From IMG/VR virus record IMGVR_UViG_3300045988_075249, positions 64,001 through 128,000 of that record: a stretch of 64,000 nucleotides of DNA, one strand, 5' to 3'. The position numbers were made by a program, and so were the translations under genes. Positions 60,087-64,000 of the stretch are shown one piece after another. Every line of letters starts with the position of its first letter. The stretch's first letter is position 1. This stretch comes from a virus. The notes under the pieces were generated by a model, which was not told the origin of the DNA, searched no databases, and saw nothing but the letters and a program-made list of their open reading frames with translations.

Positions 60087-60305
60087 GTGATTTTGTTCCG
60101 GCAATACTCTTTCTGTCTGGAAGAGGATGCGGCTATTCAGGTAATCGACAGCAATACCGGCGCACATTTCCGGTTTGACAAGGAATGGAAGCTCCAGCTC
60201 GGCGGTGACTTTTATGGCGATGACCTCAGCGCCCTGTTCAAGAAGCAGGTGACTGAGATTGAAATGAGAGAAGAAGGTGGCGTTAATATCTACATTAACG
60301 CATAA
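60087..60305 (+). CDS. Hypothetical small protein. Start uncertain (GTG 60087; ATG 60074 is out of frame).
   Basis: Track ORF. Confidence 0.4.
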   Translation: MILFRQYSFCLEEDAAIQVIDSNTGAHFRFDKEWKLQLGGDFYGDDLSALFKKQVTEIEMREEGGVNIYINA

Positions 60306-60359
60306 GAAACCTGCGGGAGTGGAGGTCTATGACTTCCACTCCCCATGATAAAAAATTCT

Positions 60360-60596
60360 ATGGAGGTCGATTTCCGCATGGGAAAATATGTAGTTTCGTT
60401 TAACTCTCTTGAGGATCGAGCAAGTTTCGAGTGCTTAATTAGTCAGATGGGCGCGGACTGGTCTTTATCGACTATTGATAATCTTCGCGGTGCGTGGTTG
60501 TTGATAACTCCGCATAAGTCCAGTGCAGCAGAACATCTTGTCGGATTCTTTACAGAAAAGGGGATTATCAATGACTATCGAGAGACTTCCGCGTGA
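60360..60596 (+). CDS. Hypothetical small protein.
   Basis: Track ORF 60345..60596. ATG 60360 is better placed relative to the RBS. Confidence 0.4.
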   Translation: MEVDFRMGKYVVSFNSLEDRASFECLISQMGADWSLSTIDNLRGAWLLITPHKSSAAEHLVGFFTEKGIINDYRETSA

Positions 60597-60702
60597 ATAT
60601 CCTATTGGTTCCACCGTTTGGACTAATAAGGGATATGGAACAGTTTTGGTAAGATTGGGGAAATATCACCTTGTCTGGTTGCAGAGGCTGGGGCTGGCAT
60701 AA
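60571..60702 (+). CDS. Hypothetical 43-aa protein, followed by terminator ~60685-60725.
   Basis: ATG 60571 overlaps the upstream gene. Hairpin gggctggcataagtcagccc plus T8. Confidence 0.3.
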   Translation: MTIERLPREYPIGSTVWTNKGYGTVLVRLGKYHLVWLQRLGLA

Positions 60703-60976
60703 GTCAGCCCTTGCTTTTTTTAAAAAAATATTCTATAATATATATAGAAAAACAAAGAAAGGAGTTTTCTAATGACCTTAGAAGTGCTGAAAGCTCTTGC
60801 GGTCATTCTGGAGTTCTGTTTGAACTAGGATTCTTGTAAGAATTGTCCTATGGCTCAGTTCCGCCAGAAAATGCCTTGCGAGTGGTAATTATTCCCTCCG
60901 ATTGTTACAAATCGGCGATTCCCGTGATGGAGTCGTTTTTCGCACGAACCTAGGTCACTAGAATTTATTTATCAAA

Positions 60977-61213
60977 ATGCAAGAAACTACTTTCTCAAGG
61001 AAATTGGATTCAAGTGGGCGCATCATGATTCCCGTAAGACTACGAGAGTAGATGGGCCTTGTTTCTGGTCAAGAATATTATTTCACTACTATGGTAAAGG
61101 ATGGCAGAAAATATATTTGTATCGACTGTGGCTCCGTTGACAATACTTCTCTTGAAGAAGCTATGCGAATTATACAAGCAAATGGAATGAAAATTGTTGA
61201 AAGTACCGATTGA
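60977..61213 (+). CDS. AbrB/MazE/SpoVT-type swapped-hairpin DNA-binding protein. One in-frame TAG.
   Basis: ..RKLDSSGRIMIPVRLRE*MGLVSGQEYYF.. matches the AbrB-N fold. 237 nt ATG 60977 to TGA 61211-61213. Confidence 0.5.
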
Positions 61214-61460
61214 CTTCCCGAAATTCTTATGTTAAAATTAAGTTATCAAAAGAAAGGAAGTTGAGAGATATGTATGAATTTGAGATTTTGCTTGAAAATG
61301 GCTCGACCGACAATATCTCTGGTTATTCCTATGAAGATGCTCTTTTCCGGTCTCGACGTAAACCTGAAGAGGTTGTAAAAGTTTTAAATCGAGAATATGT
61401 AGATTGAGATTTTCCTCCCAAAATGGGAGGAATTTCTTTTCCAATTCAAAATATATTGTT

Positions 61461-61505
61461 CAGCCGGCCGCGCATGAGCGCAGCGGCCGGAATTTTTTGT
61501 CAAGA
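61461..61505 (+). terminator. GC-rich terminator (ccggccgcgc atgagc gcagcggccgg plus aattttttg).
   Basis: Seen in sequence. Confidence 0.5.
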
Positions 61506-61572
61506 GGCAATTTGCACAATTTTTGGATCAGTTTATTGGTGAAATTGACGAGAGGAAATTTCCCAAAATCGC

Positions 61573-61601
61573 TTGACTTTCCCCTCCCGTTCTGGTATAC
61601 T
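61573..61601 (+). promoter_or_regulatory. Promoter TTGACT-17-TATACT.
   Basis: Seen in sequence. Conserved leader before ATG 61654. Confidence 0.5.
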
Positions 61602-61653
61602 TAGACCATCAAGAGGGGAGAACAAAAGCCCTCAAGAAAGGGAGTAAAAGAAA

Positions 61654-61893
61654 ATGAAAAGCTATGTGGTTATGGCTGATAATCGTGAGAAGATTATCTG
61701 TGTATCTGATGATCTGCGGTTAGCTCGTGGCGCGGGCTGGGACTGGCTGAAAAAGCAATATAATCCCGATAACTGGCAGGATATTCTGGAGGATATGGAC
61801 TACGAAAGCGAAAACGACCTGCAGCATGATATGCTCCTTGGGGCCTGCTGGGAAGATTTCGACATGGAAATTATCGAGGTGGAGAGGGTGTAA
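61654..61893 (+). CDS. Hypothetical small acidic protein.
   Basis: Track ORF. RBS aagggag. Confidence 0.5.
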   Translation: MKSYVVMADNREKIICVSDDLRLARGAGWDWLKKQYNPDNWQDILEDMDYESENDLQHDMLLGACWEDFDMEIIEVERV

Positions 61894-61920
61894 TCCCTCT
61901 CCACCATAGGAGAAACAAAT

Positions 61921-62064
61921 ATGACAACTTTTATCATAATCATTCTTGCCATTTGCCTAACGATCCAGTATGTAGTGGCTCTGGTAAAAGAGCATTTCTG
62001 GCTTGCTATATTCTTCACGGCTGAAATCGCAATGTTCGGATATATTATAAATACTCCGATGTAA
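61921..62064 (+). CDS. Small hydrophobic (membrane) peptide, 47 aa.
   Basis: RBS ataggag plus ATG 61921. Not in the track (<60 aa). Confidence 0.35.
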   Translation: MTTFIIIILAICLTIQYVVALVKEHFWLAIFFTAEIAMFGYIINTPM

Positions 62065-62068
62065 AGGG

Positions 62069-62097
62069 TATTGACAAACCTAGCCCTTTATGATATA
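62069..62097 (+). promoter_or_regulatory. Promoter TTGACA-17-TATAAT.
   Basis: Seen in sequence. Confidence 0.55.
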
Positions 62098-62148
62098 ATA
62101 ACACTATCAAGAGAAGGAAAACTCTATAAACCAGAAAGGAAGCATATT

Positions 62149-62391
62149 ATGACTACTCTGCCTAAGATGACCCAGGAGGATAAGGATGGCCTGATTGCCC
62201 TTCATATGGCGATACGTACGGTAGACCGCCATTCGGCTGATTCAGCTTTGGTTCAATCTCTGGGGAAGTTCTTGCTTGAGGATGCCTGTACTCCAGATGA
62301 TGCGGCCGACATTTTGAAGGCAGTCTTTGACGAGGAGGCCGACCGCGTATCCAGTGAGGTTGACATTGACGCCCTTCTGTCTATGCTGTAA
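62149..62391 (+). CDS. Hypothetical small protein.
   Basis: RBS agaaaggaag plus ATG 62149 inside track ORF 62071..62391. Confidence 0.45.
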   Translation: MTTLPKMTQEDKDGLIALHMAIRTVDRHSADSALVQSLGKFLLEDACTPDDAADILKAVFDEEADRVSSEVDIDALLSML

Positions 62392-62453
62392 ACTGGATAA
62401 AGGCGCCTGGGCAACTAGGCGCCTACCATAAAATTTAGAAAGGAAGTATAAAG

Positions 62454-62810
62454 ATGAAAGTTATCGGCATCACTCGGAGGATGGATGATCTGGGACGCGT
62501 GGTTATCCCCAAGGAGGTGCGCCAGTCTCTCGGAATTAACGAGGGCGATTTTCTGGAGATTGTAGGTACTGACCGGGGCCTGCTTATGCAGAAATGCGGC
62601 GAAGCCTATGGGAATGAACCCGTCCCGAAGGGAGTGGAAACCGAAGAAAAGGACAAGATATTTGTTTTCCGGGATCAGGATTACATGGTTCATCTGGTTT
62701 CACTTTCCAAAAAGGCAGAGGAACTTTGCAGGTGGCTTGAAGAGCTGGGCCTGCTGGATGAAGATATGTGGTGGGAGGCTTGTAGCGACAATGCAGAGGA
62801 AAATTTTTAA
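62454..62810 (+). CDS. AbrB-family transcriptional regulator.
   Basis: ..ITRRMDDLGRVVIPKEVRQSLGINEGDFLEI.. AbrB-N domain. Confidence 0.6.
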   Translation: MKVIGITRRMDDLGRVVIPKEVRQSLGINEGDFLEIVGTDRGLLMQKCGEAYGNEPVPKGVETEEKDKIFVFRDQDYMVHLVSLSKKAEELCRWLEELGLLDEDMWWEACSDNAEENF

Positions 62811-62818
62811 AAGATTTG

Positions 62819-62895
62819 CCCCTTTCGGGGCATTTCTTTTTGTCTTTTTTCGCGGGCGGACCGCGCAGGATGGGCGCGGTCCGATTTTTTCTTCT
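62819..62895 (+). terminator. Tandem terminators (gcccc tttc ggggc plus T-run; cggaccgcgc aggatgg gcgcggtccg plus T-run).
   Basis: Seen in sequence. Confidence 0.55.
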
Positions 62896-62985
62896 ATTGT
62901 AATGTTGCACAATTTTTGACTTGAAATCTTGTGCAAAATGTCATCTTGCAATTATCCTTAAATTATGGTATTATTAGTACAGAAA
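62885..62985 (+). repeat. ~100-bp promoter/operator module, copy A. It holds the TTGCACAA-N16-TTGTGCAA inverted repeat (62905-62912 / 62929-62936) and promoter TTGCAA-17-TATTAT (62946-62974).
   Basis: ~90% identical to copy B at 63798-63893. Confidence 0.6.
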
Positions 62986-63001
62986 GAAGGAGGGACACTA
63001 A

Positions 63002-63226
63002 ATGAAACCTTCAAAGTTTATTCGGCCTAATGAGTGTTTAACTGTGGCTGAAATCTACCGCCGTCAATTTGGTGGTACTACCACCACAGAGAATTATGGG
63101 GTCTATATGCAAGCTATTCTTTTGCGCGACCCTCTAATTTATGTGGATTATACGTCAATGCCTTATAAGGTATATCGGCATAAAAATTTCTTTGAAAAAC
63201 TTGTTGACAAGATAGGCAACAGGTAG
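63002..63226 (+). CDS. Hypothetical small protein.
   Basis: Track ORF. RBS gaaggaggg. Confidence 0.45.
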   Translation: MKPSKFIRPNECLTVAEIYRRQFGGTTTTENYGVYMQAILLRDPLIYVDYTSMPYKVYRHKNFFEKLVDKIGNR

Positions 63227-63254
63227 TATAATAAAACAAAAGGAGGTTATATAT

Positions 63255-63719
63255 ATGATAACTAAAAAAATGCTCTGCTTTGATATGGACGGGACAATTG
63301 CAGATCTATACGCAGTCCCCAACTGGCTTGAAAAACTCCGCGATGGAGACCCCAGCCCATTCCGAGACGCTGCCCCCATGTGGGATATGAACGCCCTCCG
63401 AAATGCGCTTCTAAACGCAATTAGTAACGGGTGGGAGGTTCGAGTTATTACATGGTTGCCCCCTGAAAGCCCCCCTGAATATAAGAAAGCAGTCACAACC
63501 GCCAAAAAGGAATGGCTTGCAAGGCATAAATTTCCGGCCCATAAATGCCATTGTGTGGCGTATGGAACAACTAAAGCTAAATGCGTATTCCGCAGTTTTT
63601 ATGAACCGCCGTTCATTCTCTTTGATGATAACGACAAAATTAGAAACGGCTGGCATTTAGGGGATACCGTAGACCCCCAAACTACAAACATTATTGAATA
63701 TATCAACAATCTGGACTAA
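63255..63719 (+). CDS. HAD-superfamily 5'(3')-deoxyribonucleotidase (NT5C-like).
   Basis: ..FDMDGTIAD.. HAD motif I. Overall NT5C-like sequence. RBS aaaggagg. Confidence 0.55.
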   Translation: MITKKMLCFDMDGTIADLYAVPNWLEKLRDGDPSPFRDAAPMWDMNALRNALLNAISNGWEVRVITWLPPESPPEYKKAVTTAKKEWLARHKFPAHKCHCVAYGTTKAKCVFRSFYEPPFILFDDNDKIRNGWHLGDTVDPQTTNIIEYINNLD

Positions 63720-63721
63720 AT

Positions 63722-63805
63722 AAAAGCGGGGTGAAAATCCCCGCTTTTATTTTTTTTATAACTTGGCCGGCCCGCGCACAAGCGCCGCGGGCCGAATTTT
63801 TCTTC
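63722..63805 (+). terminator. Tandem terminators (agcgggg tgaaaat ccccgct plus T-run; cggcccgcg cacaagcgc cgcgggccg plus T-run).
   Basis: Seen in sequence. Confidence 0.55.
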
Positions 63806-63893
63806 TATTGTAATGTTGCACAATTTTCAAGCAGAAATCTTGTGCAAAATGCCATCTTGCAATTATCCCGAAACTATGGTATTATTATCATGT
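63798..63893 (+). repeat. Promoter/operator module, copy B (TTGCACAA 63816-63823, TTGTGCAA 63840-63847, promoter TTGCAA-17-TATTAT 63857-63885).
   Basis: Paralog of copy A. Confidence 0.6.
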
Positions 63894-64000
63894 CAGGAGG
63901 GAGAGGCCAAGAAATCAAGAGGTCGCGAACTCTTAGAAAGTAGAGGAAGCAAAGAGAAAATAACTAAATTCCGATTAGCTATCGGGAGGATTAAGTTAAA

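Noticed and set aside
59679-60167. Track ORF 59679..60167 (-), 162 aa, in the GC-rich block.
   Set aside because: Runs antisense across a terminator, a promoter and the leader of a plus-strand gene. Composition-driven open frame in a GC-richer region.
58300-64000. Repeated ~100-bp modules and GC-rich palindromes considered as a CRISPR array or integrated foreign island boundary.
   Set aside because: Repeats are not uniform short direct repeats with unique spacers. Each copy contains promoter hexamers and is followed by an RBS and gene. No att-like direct repeats or integrase found in the window.

Overview
The window reads as ~64 kb of a tailed dsDNA phage or prophage genome of low GC (roughly low-to-mid 30s %), probably from a Firmicutes/Clostridia-type host (BclA-C, DUF4376-like and AbrB-like domains). 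Layout: (1) 1-6.2 kb, plus-strand nucleotide-metabolism and DNA-repair genes (gmk-like kinase, nrdD, nrdG, dUTPase, RuvC-like resolvase). (2) 6.3-11.9 kb, minus-strand accessory block (ImmA-like HExxH protein, BclA-C/C1q-like protein, Cys-rich and Gln-rich proteins, holin-like protein, Hin/Gin-type serine recombinase, small tail-fibre-like genes). (3) 12.2-16.2 kb, plus-strand diversity-generating retroelement: target gene with C-terminal VR, avd-like gene, TR, reverse transcriptase. (4) 17.3-55.7 kb, a ~38 kb minus-strand morphogenesis block (tail fibres, baseplate proteins, a ~2899-aa tape measure protein, major tail protein, major capsid protein, protease-scaffold, portal, terminase large subunit, homing-type nuclease, Zn-ribbon proteins). 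(5) 55.7-58.3 kb, plus-strand folD, macro-domain gene and small genes. (6) 58.3-64 kb, a GC-richer block of small genes, each behind its own sigma70-like promoter and GC-rich terminator, including two AbrB-type regulators and a 5'-deoxynucleotidase. The dominant signal is that TAG is a sense codon (probably Gln) through most of the element. This fragments the supplied six-frame ORF track, so single genes appear as 2-10 same-frame ORF pieces. Most gene coordinates below were rebuilt by reading through in-frame TAG and checking length divisibility by 3. They are exact where stated and otherwise approximate (+/- a few nt). No rRNA, tRNA or CRISPR array was recognisable by eye.
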